NCBI GenBank assembly: GCA_016198685.1
Contig: JACQID010000006.1
Coordinates: 1 to 64,000, forward strand
Direction: 5' to 3'
DNA length: 64,000 nucleotides
Origin: Candidatus Aenigmatarchaeota archaeon
GTDB lineage: Archaea; Aenigmatarchaeota; Aenigmatarchaeia; GW2011-AR5
Shown piece by piece: positions 39,794 to 49,198 of this stretch (positions are counted from its first letter, which is position 1; the number at the start of each line of letters is the position of its first letter). The notes under the pieces are model-generated. The model saw only the letters and a list, made by a program, of their open reading frames with translations. It was not told the origin of the DNA and ran no database searches. Position numbers and translations under genes: made by a program.

Positions 39794-41130
39794 GAGTTGG
39801 ATGCCTCCCATAGTTTTTCTATGAACTCTTGTATATTGTCCCATGTCGTAGTTAGATATTGCGCTGTTGGTGCAAAGTCCTTATTGTGTAGAAATGCTTG
39901 CCATGTCTTTATTCCAAGAACTCCATACTGTTCCGAAGCAGCGGTTCTTATACCCTTCAACTTATAGGAATTAACTTTGTGTTGTTTTTCTAACATTTCG
40001 GCTACTGCTGACGCCTTGTCTTTGAGTGATATAAATTTTCCAGTCTTTTCTGTAGGAATCTCATTTTTTTCGCAAAAATGATCTATACTTAATTCCACAA
40101 AAACTCGAAATAATGCTGCGGTTGCATTAACATAATTTTCTATTGGAATTTTTTTTAATTCGTGGTATATACTGTTAATTTTTGGATTATCTATGCTGAT
40201 ATTACACGTTTTTGGTATTAATTTTTGACGATTTTTTGGATTCACCTTTATCTTTTTAGCTACCGTACCGGTATTATTCGTAGGTTGTAATAATGCCCAC
40301 AGTTTCTCGCTTGTTTTAGATTTATCTGGCAATGCATCTTTCGGGAGTGATTTAATGTAATCTTGCCTGTCTTTTTTGCTATATATGGTTTTTACTGTGA
40401 AATTGGGGTCTATACAATCCGTGACAATCTTTTCGAGAGTCTTTGCAATCTCTTTTCCATCTATCTCTGTCTTAAGCTCTCCGTCGGAATAATTGATCCC
40501 GATAGCATTTCGTATATCTGGATCTGAAAGAAGCCTATCGAGATTCGTTAATTTTACATCCTTCATTTTGTCTTTTGTATCAGTAGATATATACGGAGAG
40601 CTTTCCAGGAATGACAAAACTTGCAAAGCTATACTGGGTGTTCCATTATTTTTCTGTTCGTAACGATTTTTTTGCACAGAAGTCCATTTTTCTGTACCCG
40701 CACCTTCGTTTCCTAGTCCGTGCTTTAATGCAATCCAGTGATCGGCCTCTTTAGGATCATCATAATAAATGCATTCAACATTTGTTATAATTTTATTCTG
40801 ATGCTGTTTTTTTAAATCTTCAAATTTTTTCTTCAGGCCATTGTCACGTATCCTATCGGGATTCACTAAAAATTTTAATACGACGGCACGTCTATTTCCT
40901 TCCAAAACTATATATTTTGTTTTATCGTGTTGCCATGGAGAAATAATTATTTGATCCGTGGGGTTTAAGTTATATGTCATTATATCCAGTGCAAGAGAGT
41001 ACAACTTTTTATTGCCTTGATCATCTACTATATTTTTTATAGCGGCTTCTTCATCTCCAACCGGCTCGTAACGATAGTTCTCGGGATTTATCAATAAATC
41101 TTCTATCTTCACAGTCTTAGTGTTTGTCAT
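39790..41130 (-). CDS. ParB/Srx-like N-terminal domain protein with helical (HEPN-like) C-terminus
   Basis: NPENYR, VLEGNRR, H...G.GT.KW. C-terminal LFRVFVELSID...AFLHN. Confidence 0.65.
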   Translation of the reverse strand: MTNTKTVKIEDLLINPENYRYEPVGDEEAAIKNIVDDQGNKKLYSLALDIMTYNLNPTDQIIISPWQHDKTKYIVLEGNRRAVVLKFLVNPDRIRDNGLKKKFEDLKKQHQNKIITNVECIYYDDPKEADHWIALKHGLGNEGAGTEKWTSVQKNRYEQKNNGTPSIALQVLSFLESSPYISTDTKDKMKDVKLTNLDRLLSDPDIRNAIGINYSDGELKTEIDGKEIAKTLEKIVTDCIDPNFTVKTIYSKKDRQDYIKSLPKDALPDKSKTSEKLWALLQPTNNTGTVAKKIKVNPKNRQKLIPKTCNISIDNPKINSIYHELKKIPIENYVNATAALFRVFVELSIDHFCEKNEIPTEKTGKFISLKDKASAVAEMLEKQHKVNSYKLKGIRTAASEQYGVLGIKTWQAFLHNKDFAPTAQYLTTTWDNIQEFIEKLWEASNS

Positions 41131-41174
41131 GTTAAAATTCTGGTAACACTACTATTTATTGCCTTAAATCATAC

Positions 41175-41415
41175 CTATCTCCCGCCCCCCTTCAAAAAAT
41201 ACTTCGGAAAGACGGCGGTGCACCGCTCGGGATAGTTTATTGTCCAGAGGCGGTAGTGGTCTTCTGTTTTCCCGGCGCCGCCGAGCTTGGTTTGGAGGCA
41301 GGCGTCGGCTTCCGAGAAGAGGAGCTTGACGGCGGGCTCGTCGGCTTTGTCCACTTCCACGGGCCTTGCCGGGAGGTCTTTACGTATGAAGTTTCGGACG
41401 GTATGGGCAGGCGGC
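41175..41415 (-). pseudogene. GC-rich 3' remnant of an unidentified gene
   Basis: An open frame ...TVRNFIRKDLPARPVEVDKADEP...YRLWTINYPERC...* runs up to the AAA_14 gene without a clear start. Confidence 0.35.
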
Positions 41416-42858
41416 TCAGCACATGAACAGGAAGAACTTCAGCGGGATTTGCAGCACTTTGCCTTCCAGGTCCAGCGTATTTTTTGTCACCATGATGCCG
41501 AAGGGCGATTTGTACTTGGTCATGAACCGCGGCATTGCCCTTGATTCCTCCCGGCTGTTGCGGAATTTGACCTCTATTGGGATGGGCGTTCCTGCGTCGA
41601 GCACTACGTCTATCTCGCCTTCCTTGCACATCCAGTAAAAAACTTCCGCATCCTGGCTTCCGTTCAGGAAAAATTTCAGCCGCTTGACGTGGTCAAAAAC
41701 GAGCGTTTCGGCCGCTATGCCCATTTCCACCGGCTCCTTCAACAGGGATTCATTCATCATTCCCACCATGCTGTTCCTCATCCCAACATCGTTGAGATAG
41801 TATTTCTTCTCCTTGCGCTCCCGCACAGGAAGCCTTTTTGAATAAAAGCTGGACTTTGACACCAGAAACACATCTTCAAGATATCCGATGTGCGATATCA
41901 CGGTAGGGCGCTCAACACCTATGTCCTGAGATATTCCAGCATACGTCAGCCTGCTCCCGGATTTTGCGGCTATCAGCGACATGAAATACCGTATTATATC
42001 GACGCGCCTTACCCGGTGCCTCTCTATTATGTCCAGAATGGACTTCGACAATATCGTATCCTTGAGCTCGGAACTGCATTCCGCCAGGTCGTGATTCTTC
42101 TGTATTTCGGGATAGCCGCCTTTTATCATGAAGGCCGAAAGGCCCCTCTCGATTTCATTTTCATGTTTCACCAACTCGTGCGACATGCCGCCAAAAGCTT
42201 TGCGCAGTTCCGCCGGACTGCCCTTTCTTATGGACGCGCAAAGCGCGTCCCTCAATGCAAGGCTCAACTCGTAATATTCCTGCGTCTTGCCGCCGAAGTC
42301 CATGATATCGCTGAATTTCAACGGCAGGACTATCCGTTCCTTTATCCTGCCCACGAGGCGGCCGGCGCCTTTCTGTATCATGGCGCTGGACGAGCCGGAA
42401 ACTATGAATTTTATGTTGTATCCGTAATCAAACCACGTCTTCAGCTTCTTTTCCCAGTCTTCCAGATACTGTATCTCATCCAATAGAACGTATATCTTTT
42501 GCGCAATCTTCCGATAGTCTTCTTTCAATATATTGCGGGAATAGACCTCAATTATAGACTCCAGCGGCTCCTTAGCGGACGATGCCAGATATGCATTATC
42601 CATGGACGCATAAATTATATGCACGGGATCTATATTTCTGTTTTTTATCATGTGTTCAATAAGCTGGAACAGCAAAGTCGTTTTGCCTACCCGTCTCGGA
42701 CCTATTATAGACGTTATTTTTTCAGAATCAAGTTCCTTCCATAACGTATAGAAATCCCGCCGCCTGAAATCGGGCGCCTTGCTTTTAGGTAGCGCCATTC
42801 CTTCCCAATGGGGGTTGTACTCGTTCGTCAATACGCGCAATACTTGTAATTCATCCAT
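41416..42858 (-). CDS. AAA_14 ATPase with DUF4143
   Basis: GPRRVGKTT, LLDEIQ, SGSSS, GGYPE, KKYY.ND.G, EIDVV...IEVKF. Confidence 0.9.
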   Translation of the reverse strand: MDELQVLRVLTNEYNPHWEGMALPKSKAPDFRRRDFYTLWKELDSEKITSIIGPRRVGKTTLLFQLIEHMIKNRNIDPVHIIYASMDNAYLASSAKEPLESIIEVYSRNILKEDYRKIAQKIYVLLDEIQYLEDWEKKLKTWFDYGYNIKFIVSGSSSAMIQKGAGRLVGRIKERIVLPLKFSDIMDFGGKTQEYYELSLALRDALCASIRKGSPAELRKAFGGMSHELVKHENEIERGLSAFMIKGGYPEIQKNHDLAECSSELKDTILSKSILDIIERHRVRRVDIIRYFMSLIAAKSGSRLTYAGISQDIGVERPTVISHIGYLEDVFLVSKSSFYSKRLPVRERKEKKYYLNDVGMRNSMVGMMNESLLKEPVEMGIAAETLVFDHVKRLKFFLNGSQDAEVFYWMCKEGEIDVVLDAGTPIPIEVKFRNSREESRAMPRFMTKYKSPFGIMVTKNTLDLEGKVLQIPLKFFLFMC

Positions 42859-42951
42859 GTATAGTATACTATACGTAGAGTATTTAAATACATGTATAGT
42901 ATACTATACACCATTGGTTATGTGCCTGTTGGTATAAACGGTGATCATGTA

Positions 42952-45063
42952 TCACGCTTTCGCAGTCCTGCGCGAATTTATCATGGCGCGGACTATCCGC
43001 AGTTCATCATAGGAATATCCATCGCCCAGCTTTTCCTTCAGCGCCCCGAGTCCCTGCGTGGCAAGTCCCGACATCTCGCGTTCTATCGCATCCTGCCTCT
43101 CTTTCGGGATTATATTGTCTATGTTCACGTCGTTCCCGAGCATGAAAAGGCTTTCTATGTGGGATGCTATCGTGCTTTCGGCAAGGCCACGCCTTGTCGC
43201 TATCTCCCGGAGCGATAACCCTTGCTTTGCAAGGAAAAGTGTTTGCTTGTAATCACCGTTTGCGGAAATTCTTGGGACTTCATCGGACTTCTGTTTCTCA
43301 GCGATGTTATGCTCCTTGCAGTAGTCCAGTATTTTCCGAAGGAACGCACGGCCGTACTTCTGCAACTTGTGCTCGCCTACTCCGTGTATCTTTGCCATGG
43401 CATCTATGGTCTGGGGATAATAGGTTGCCATCTCCTTCAAGGTGGAGTCAGGGAATATTATGTAAGGCGGAACTCTCTCGGCGTCTGCCATGACTTTTCT
43501 TAACTGGCGCAATATGTCGAAGAGCGCTGTTATCGGCTCTTCTTTCTTGGTCAGCTTGATCTTTGCAGGCTTTGTGAGTTTCACTGTTACTATACCGCGC
43601 AAGACATCCATGCCGCTCTGGGTTATCTTAAGGATAGGATATTTGTCGCCTTCGGCCTTAAGGAAGCCCTGCGGCTGAAGCTCGCGGATGAAAGATGTCC
43701 ATTGCTTTGCAGGATAGTCCTTTCCTGCCCCGCAACTCTTGAGCATGGAATGGGCATAGCTCTTGGATTTCCCTGTAAGAAGCGATGAGACGTAGGTTGC
43801 GCCGAAGCGCTGCTCTAAATCAAGAACGCAGCGCAGGATCTTTTTCGCAATGTCAGTCCCGTCTATCACTTCGTGAGGCATTATGCAGTTGTCGCACTTT
43901 ATGCATATTCCGTCAAACGTTTCGCCGAAGTAGTCAAGAAGGAATCTTCGCCTGCATTCCCGGCTTTCACAATATTCAAGCATCTCGGCAAGCTTCTTTC
44001 TTGCAGTCTCCTGCTTTTTCGTACTTCTAAGCTTCTCTATGAAGTAGTCAACTTTGCGCTTGTCGGCATATGTATAGAAGAGTATGCAATCGCTCTCAAG
44101 CCTGTCGCGCCCTGCGCGGCCGGTTTCCTGGTAATAGCCTTCTATGCTCCTTGGAAGGTCGTAGTGTATCACGTATCTTACATTCGTCTTGTTGATGCCC
44201 ATTCCAAAGGCTATCGTTGCAACGATTATTTCCGCATCATCCTTGATGAACGCCTCTTGATTCGCTTCACGTGCGTCTGTTGAAAGACCTGCATGATAGG
44301 AAAGGGCGCGAAAGCCCTCCTGCCTGAGACGCGATGTTATCCGGTCTGCGGTCTTCCTGCCCTGACAATAGATTATGCCGGAGTCTTTGGACCGTGCGCG
44401 GATATAATCGACGATCTGCGATATGCTGTCCTTCTTGGGCCGGACATAATACGTAAGATTCTCGCGGTTGAAGCTTCGGCGGTGTATCACCGGGCTTTTT
44501 AACATAAGATTATGGACTATATCGTCCTGGACTTCGGGTATTGCAGTTGCAGTCAGGGCAATAATAGGAACATCAGGGAAATTATCGCGCAAAAGACGAA
44601 GCCTTCGGTATTCAGGTCTGAAATCATGGCCCCATTCCGAGATGCAATGCGCTTCATCTATAGCGAACAAGGATATTTTCAGCATCTTGAGGAATGGAAG
44701 GAAATCATAAGATGCAAAACGTTCAGGCGCAACATACAAGAGCTTGTCCTTGCCCGTAAGCAGGCGGACTTTCACGTTCTCGGCCTCGACCGGCGCCATG
44801 GAACTGTTGATGCACGAGGCTCCTATGCCGTTGATGCGAAGAGCATCCACTTGATCTTTCATAAGAGCTATCAACGGCGATACCACGACTGTAATCCCGG
44901 GCTTCATCAAAGCTGGAAGCTGGTAGCAGAGCGACTTGCCGCTGCCTGTAGGCATGAGTACAAATACGTCTCTTCCTGAAACCACATCATTGATGATGCT
45001 TTCCTGGCCGGGGTTGAAGGAAGAATATCCGAAATGCTTCTGCAGCAGCTCGAGCGCTTGCAT
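42952..45063 (-). CDS. recQ: ATP-dependent DNA helicase RecQ
   Basis: MPTGSGKSLCYQ, DEAHCISEWGHDFRP, YYQETGRAGRD, Zn-Cys cluster, RQC, HRDC, C-terminal HTH. Confidence 0.96.
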   Translation of the reverse strand: MQALELLQKHFGYSSFNPGQESIINDVVSGRDVFVLMPTGSGKSLCYQLPALMKPGITVVVSPLIALMKDQVDALRINGIGASCINSSMAPVEAENVKVRLLTGKDKLLYVAPERFASYDFLPFLKMLKISLFAIDEAHCISEWGHDFRPEYRRLRLLRDNFPDVPIIALTATAIPEVQDDIVHNLMLKSPVIHRRSFNRENLTYYVRPKKDSISQIVDYIRARSKDSGIIYCQGRKTADRITSRLRQEGFRALSYHAGLSTDAREANQEAFIKDDAEIIVATIAFGMGINKTNVRYVIHYDLPRSIEGYYQETGRAGRDRLESDCILFYTYADKRKVDYFIEKLRSTKKQETARKKLAEMLEYCESRECRRRFLLDYFGETFDGICIKCDNCIMPHEVIDGTDIAKKILRCVLDLEQRFGATYVSSLLTGKSKSYAHSMLKSCGAGKDYPAKQWTSFIRELQPQGFLKAEGDKYPILKITQSGMDVLRGIVTVKLTKPAKIKLTKKEEPITALFDILRQLRKVMADAERVPPYIIFPDSTLKEMATYYPQTIDAMAKIHGVGEHKLQKYGRAFLRKILDYCKEHNIAEKQKSDEVPRISANGDYKQTLFLAKQGLSLREIATRRGLAESTIASHIESLFMLGNDVNIDNIIPKERQDAIEREMSGLATQGLGALKEKLGDGYSYDELRIVRAMINSRRTAKA

Positions 45064-45172
45064 TTCATTAGAATGTAGGGGAAGCTTTTATGCGTGCACT
45101 ATGCATCCTTGAACTTTATAGCGTGAACATCATGCTATTCCCGAATACTGCAGGGAACTTTTCACTTTCGCC

Positions 45173-46072
45173 ATGCGCGGCAGTCTTTTATATATCCCCT
45201 GCCGGAATCTTATTATGGAAAGCCGGTTGTTAAACAGGCAGAAGGTCCTTATGTTGATGCTTGAAGAACTGCAGAACCGTGGTATTGCATCAAAGACTTT
45301 CCTTGTAAAGTCCCTGTTCCTTCTCGGACAGGAAGGAAATGCGGATTCTGGCGGCGGTAATAAATTAAAATTGTATTCCTTTTACCCATACAAATACGGA
45401 CCGTTCTCTTCGCTTTCCTATGACGACTTGATAGCGCTTGAGAAGCGTGGTTATATTACAAAGGACCGAAATGTCACGGAGAGAGGGAGGTTTGCCAGCC
45501 AGAAAATTAGGAAAACGCTCATGCCCAAGATAAAGAGCATAGTGGAACGATTCAATTCACAGGAAGAAATCAAGAGTTATGTTTACAAAAAATATCCCGA
45601 ATATACTGTAAGGAGCGAGCTACTGCCGAAAACGACAGTTAGGGAAAAAGGTATATGCACGATAGGATACGAAGGAAAGGACATAGATGAATTTCTCAAT
45701 ATGCTGATAAAGAACAACGTTACGGTATTGGCGGACATACGGCATAACCCATTCAGCATGAACCCAAGCTACAGGCGGGAAAGTCTTAAAAGCAAGTTGG
45801 AAAGTGCCGGAATACGCTATATCCACATCAAGAATCTTGGCATAGAAGGGAGCATGAGGAAAGGTCTCGTATCGACGGAAGCTTATACGACCCTTTTCAG
45901 GGAGTATAGCGACAGAATCCGCAAAAATCCAGCGGAGATAGAACAACTCACCCAACTCGGCGGCAATGAAAAGGTAGCGTTGCTCTGCTTCGAGAACGAC
46001 AAGAATATGTGCCACAGAGGAATAGTTGCCGAAGAACTTGAGAAGAAAGGTATCGCTGCGGTTCACTTATAG
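45173..46072 (+). CDS. SocA/Panacea-like domain fused to DUF488
   Basis: K.LFLL...F.PYKYGPFS N-domain. TIGYEG, LADIR..P.S, LLCFE.....CHR DUF488 motifs. Confidence 0.85.
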   Translation: MRGSLLYIPCRNLIMESRLLNRQKVLMLMLEELQNRGIASKTFLVKSLFLLGQEGNADSGGGNKLKLYSFYPYKYGPFSSLSYDDLIALEKRGYITKDRNVTERGRFASQKIRKTLMPKIKSIVERFNSQEEIKSYVYKKYPEYTVRSELLPKTTVREKGICTIGYEGKDIDEFLNMLIKNNVTVLADIRHNPFSMNPSYRRESLKSKLESAGIRYIHIKNLGIEGSMRKGLVSTEAYTTLFREYSDRIRKNPAEIEQLTQLGGNEKVALLCFENDKNMCHRGIVAEELEKKGIAAVHL

Positions 46073-46158
46073 CAAATTGCAATAATAATGGAGCATTTGC
46101 CTGCAATTTGTTATATGTAAATAACATTATAGAATGCTCCAAAATAAACGTTATTTAC
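46068..46158 (+). ncRNA. predicted two-hairpin kissing-loop element
   Basis: Three interleaved 9-bp inverted repeats in A-B-A'-C-B'-C' order. Confidence 0.45.
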
Positions 46159-46165
46159 TATTATA

Positions 46166-46911
46166 GTGAAAGAAAAAGTTTTGGTCCTCACCCGGGCCAC
46201 GCCTGAAGAAAGCAGGAAATACGGATACAAGGTATGCGTAGCAGGCATTACAGAGAATGGAGGAGGCTCTATCCGTTTACGTTTCAGTACGGAAAAGTTT
46301 CCCTGCCGTTTGGGAAGAAAGATATAATAGAAGTCGAAACCGAGAAAAATTCTGAAGATGCCAGAAAGGAAAGCAGAAAAGTCAGAAGCTTTGAGAAAAT
46401 TCCTTTGCCGAAAGATGATAGAGAAATAGTACGCCTGCTAAACGGACTTGTATGCACAGTAGAAAATATGAAAAACAAAGGCGACAGCTTATGCGTTATA
46501 AAACCTGAAATAGCAGGATTGGACGTTATTATAAATGACATGAATATTTGTGATGAACAAACATATTTTTCCCTTTCCGCCGGCCTTGGAAAACGCGAGA
46601 AGACTAAGATCCCTATCGAATGCTCATACATTTTCACATGCGGCGGCGAATGCTGCGGCAGCAGATCCCACAAGATGATAATTATAGATTGGGAAGTAAA
46701 TGAACTCGCAAGAAACGTACTCAAGTCAGAACCGAATAAGACGGAAGCGGAACGAAAAATAAGAGCAAAACTCTTCCATTGGATGAAGACGCGCGAAGTA
46801 TATTTCATATTAGGCACGCATTTCAAATGGAAAACGCCTATGATAATAGGAATTTACTATCCTTCCTCGGTTGCAGCAGGACAGAGCATGCTGAAAGAAT
46901 TTCAAAAATGA
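46166..46911 (+). pseudogene. dual-OB-domain-like protein gene, frameshifted near 46260
   Basis: Frame 1: MKEKVLVLTRATPEESRKYGYKVCVAGITENG. Frame 2: EWRRLYPFTF... Later segment: IIDWEV...FILGT...IIGIYYP. Confidence 0.7.
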
Positions 46912-46920
46912 GGTGAAATT

Positions 46921-48144
46921 ATGCCAAGGAAGTTGAAGAAACTGGACATCTTAATGCTGTTGGAAACAATCGGAGATACTGTAGAGAACAGGATCATGGA
47001 TTTCTTAATCGAAGGCCGGGGAATAGACTATAGCAAAACCGATATAGCGGATAACTGTGAAGTTTCAAGGCCTGCTCTTTATCGTGTCCTGCCAAGCCTT
47101 GTCAGGCAGGGCGTAGTCAAGCCTACAAGAGTTATAGGAAGGGTGCAGCTTTATTCTCTTGATAGCGAAAATGAAAGGGTGAAAGCCCTGCATAAAGAGT
47201 GGTTTTTAATAATAAGAGGGCAAATGCATAGCATGAGAATTATAATTGTCACTATGCTCTTGGCGGCACTTGTCGCAGGATGCGTGCAAAGAGGCGTTGA
47301 AACCGAGCCCCCTAAGTTGAGTACGCCGCCGGCGGCACTGAATGTCTATGGCGAGCTTATTGGGCAGGAAAACAGCGGCATCGACACGATTTTTACAATC
47401 CGCACGGATTTCGTGGATTATGAAACGAATAGTTCAGTAATAGAAGTGGCAACCGAGCCCTTTCCGCTGAATCTAACGGTGGGTATGAAATACGCATTCG
47501 CCTTTGAGGACTCAGGATTTGAAAGAATCGGGTTGTGGGATAGCATAAGTGTTTCCGAGGATTTCACGAAATATCAGAAAGACGGGGAATTTATTCATAA
47601 ATACGACATGTCATTCGGGGACATTTACAGCAATGCATCGTCGGATCTCGTGCAAATTAAAGAAGACCGGGTTGCTGCTAACGGAGAAACGACCCTTCAG
47701 GCCATGATCATAAACAATCAGAACGTGCCTATAGCATTTGAGATATCAAATGTCATGCTAATAGACAAAGAGATCGCCATGCTCGATTTGAGGGAATGCG
47801 GGCAGGGTGAAGAAGAATTCCGCGAAATCTCGATCCCGAAGGTTATGGGAGATAATGACACAGGTGACGGCACGGAAATAGAGCACGTATGCTCAAAAAT
47901 TCCTCGTAGCGAGAGGCTGGCAAATTCCATAATATCGGGATGCACCGCCAACGGCACTGAGGGCATGGTAGATGCTGGAAGCAGCTACGCGATCAGCTTC
48001 GATGTTTCCTGCCAAACCCCGATAATATGCGAGGATGGCCAGTGCAGCATTGCGCTCATAGGTGACCGCAAATTTACCGATGAACTCGGCAATATGCACG
48101 TTATGGCAAACGCTTACCTAAAACAACACCTGACACTAGAATAG
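46921..48144 (+). CDS. ArsR-like wHTH in frame with a lipoprotein-type secreted protein
   Basis: wHTH in aa 12-90. Internal MRIIIVTMLLAALVAGC signal at 47233. Confidence 0.6.
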   Translation: MPRKLKKLDILMLLETIGDTVENRIMDFLIEGRGIDYSKTDIADNCEVSRPALYRVLPSLVRQGVVKPTRVIGRVQLYSLDSENERVKALHKEWFLIIRGQMHSMRIIIVTMLLAALVAGCVQRGVETEPPKLSTPPAALNVYGELIGQENSGIDTIFTIRTDFVDYETNSSVIEVATEPFPLNLTVGMKYAFAFEDSGFERIGLWDSISVSEDFTKYQKDGEFIHKYDMSFGDIYSNASSDLVQIKEDRVAANGETTLQAMIINNQNVPIAFEISNVMLIDKEIAMLDLRECGQGEEEFREISIPKVMGDNDTGDGTEIEHVCSKIPRSERLANSIISGCTANGTEGMVDAGSSYAISFDVSCQTPIICEDGQCSIALIGDRKFTDELGNMHVMANAYLKQHLTLE

Positions 48145-48172
48145 ACCAAAAGTGAAATTCTAGAATATACTA

Positions 48173-48790
48173 TCATTCTCGCAGAGGTGCAGGCAGATCG
48201 GAATTTTCCGGCAGTTCTCCTATTGCATCAACGAGCGAAGCGTATTTCCATGGATACGTGAGGTTCACTGAATAAGGACCATGCGGGTTCCTTTTGGTCG
48301 CCCGCTCAATTACAGCATTTGCTATTGCCATCACATGCGCTTTGGTTTCAGGATGTATGCTTCCATGATGCAAATAGCCCTTCATTGTACCGAAAACATC
48401 AACATCATCACTCAGAAGATCCGCAGAACCATAGGTCTCGCCTGGAAGCCTTTCATATACGCCTTGATCGTTCAATACCCACCCGCTATCGTGGATTCTG
48501 AATCTGTCAGGATGGCGTTCCACATCCAGCACAGTCACTTGAACACGTCCTTTGGGAATGCAGAAACTGGAATTCGCAAGGCCCATGTAAGCTTTCTCCC
48601 TAAGGTTAAGCGTTATTCCTGTTTCATTGTCGGGAACCACCTGTACGACAGGAGCACGAGTATAACGCATGCTATCCGGCACGGCAGGGCCATACACGAC
48701 GCCTGATGCTGGCGTTTCGTATGCCGCATCTGCACGGGGCGCGCTACTTTTATTTCGCCCAAAGAGTCCATTCAAATCAATTTTGACCAT
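48173..48790 (-). CDS. hypothetical protein
   Basis: 205-aa ORF. Confidence 0.55.
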   Translation of the reverse strand: MVKIDLNGLFGRNKSSAPRADAAYETPASGVVYGPAVPDSMRYTRAPVVQVVPDNETGITLNLREKAYMGLANSSFCIPKGRVQVTVLDVERHPDRFRIHDSGWVLNDQGVYERLPGETYGSADLLSDDVDVFGTMKGYLHHGSIHPETKAHVMAIANAVIERATKRNPHGPYSVNLTYPWKYASLVDAIGELPENSDLPAPLRE

Positions 48791-48835
48791 GTTTCAACGT
48801 TATTACTAAGAAGTAAACATATTTAAAGTTTATTT

Positions 48836-49198
48836 CTAGCCTTCTGGATTCCCGTCAGTGTCCCTGTAAGACGAATTTCTTCTGTCCCGTTTTCTCATCT
48901 TATTTACGCCGCATACGCATTCAGTGCCCATAGTCCTGAAAAACGCGTAAGCTACAGCCGAAGAGATGTACACTGGTATTTCGGGAAGCTCTCGCATCTC
49001 CGGAATAAATCGATATGCGAAAGGAAATACTAAGGACGCAACCGTGAATGCCTTTCTCATAAGCTCATGGTTATAGAGGACGGCCTGCTCGCCTTTCGGC
49101 ATGTTAGGCTGCGGTTCATAGTCGCCTATAACATTGCAGAGAATCGTTCGGCCATTCAGGCGTTTGCCGGGAAAAGTTGCCGTATCATTCACTTTCAT
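48836..49198 (-). CDS. hypothetical protein
   Basis: 120-aa ORF in series. Confidence 0.45.
   Translation of the reverse strand: MKVNDTATFPGKRLNGRTILCNVIGDYEPQPNMPKGEQAVLYNHELMRKAFTVASLVFPFAYRFIPEMRELPEIPVYISSAVAYAFFRTMGTECVCGVNKMRKRDRRNSSYRDTDGNPEG

Noticed and set aside
28945-47200. Provirus or integrative element
   Set aside because: No integrase, transposase, capsid gene, tRNA target or flanking direct repeat recognised.
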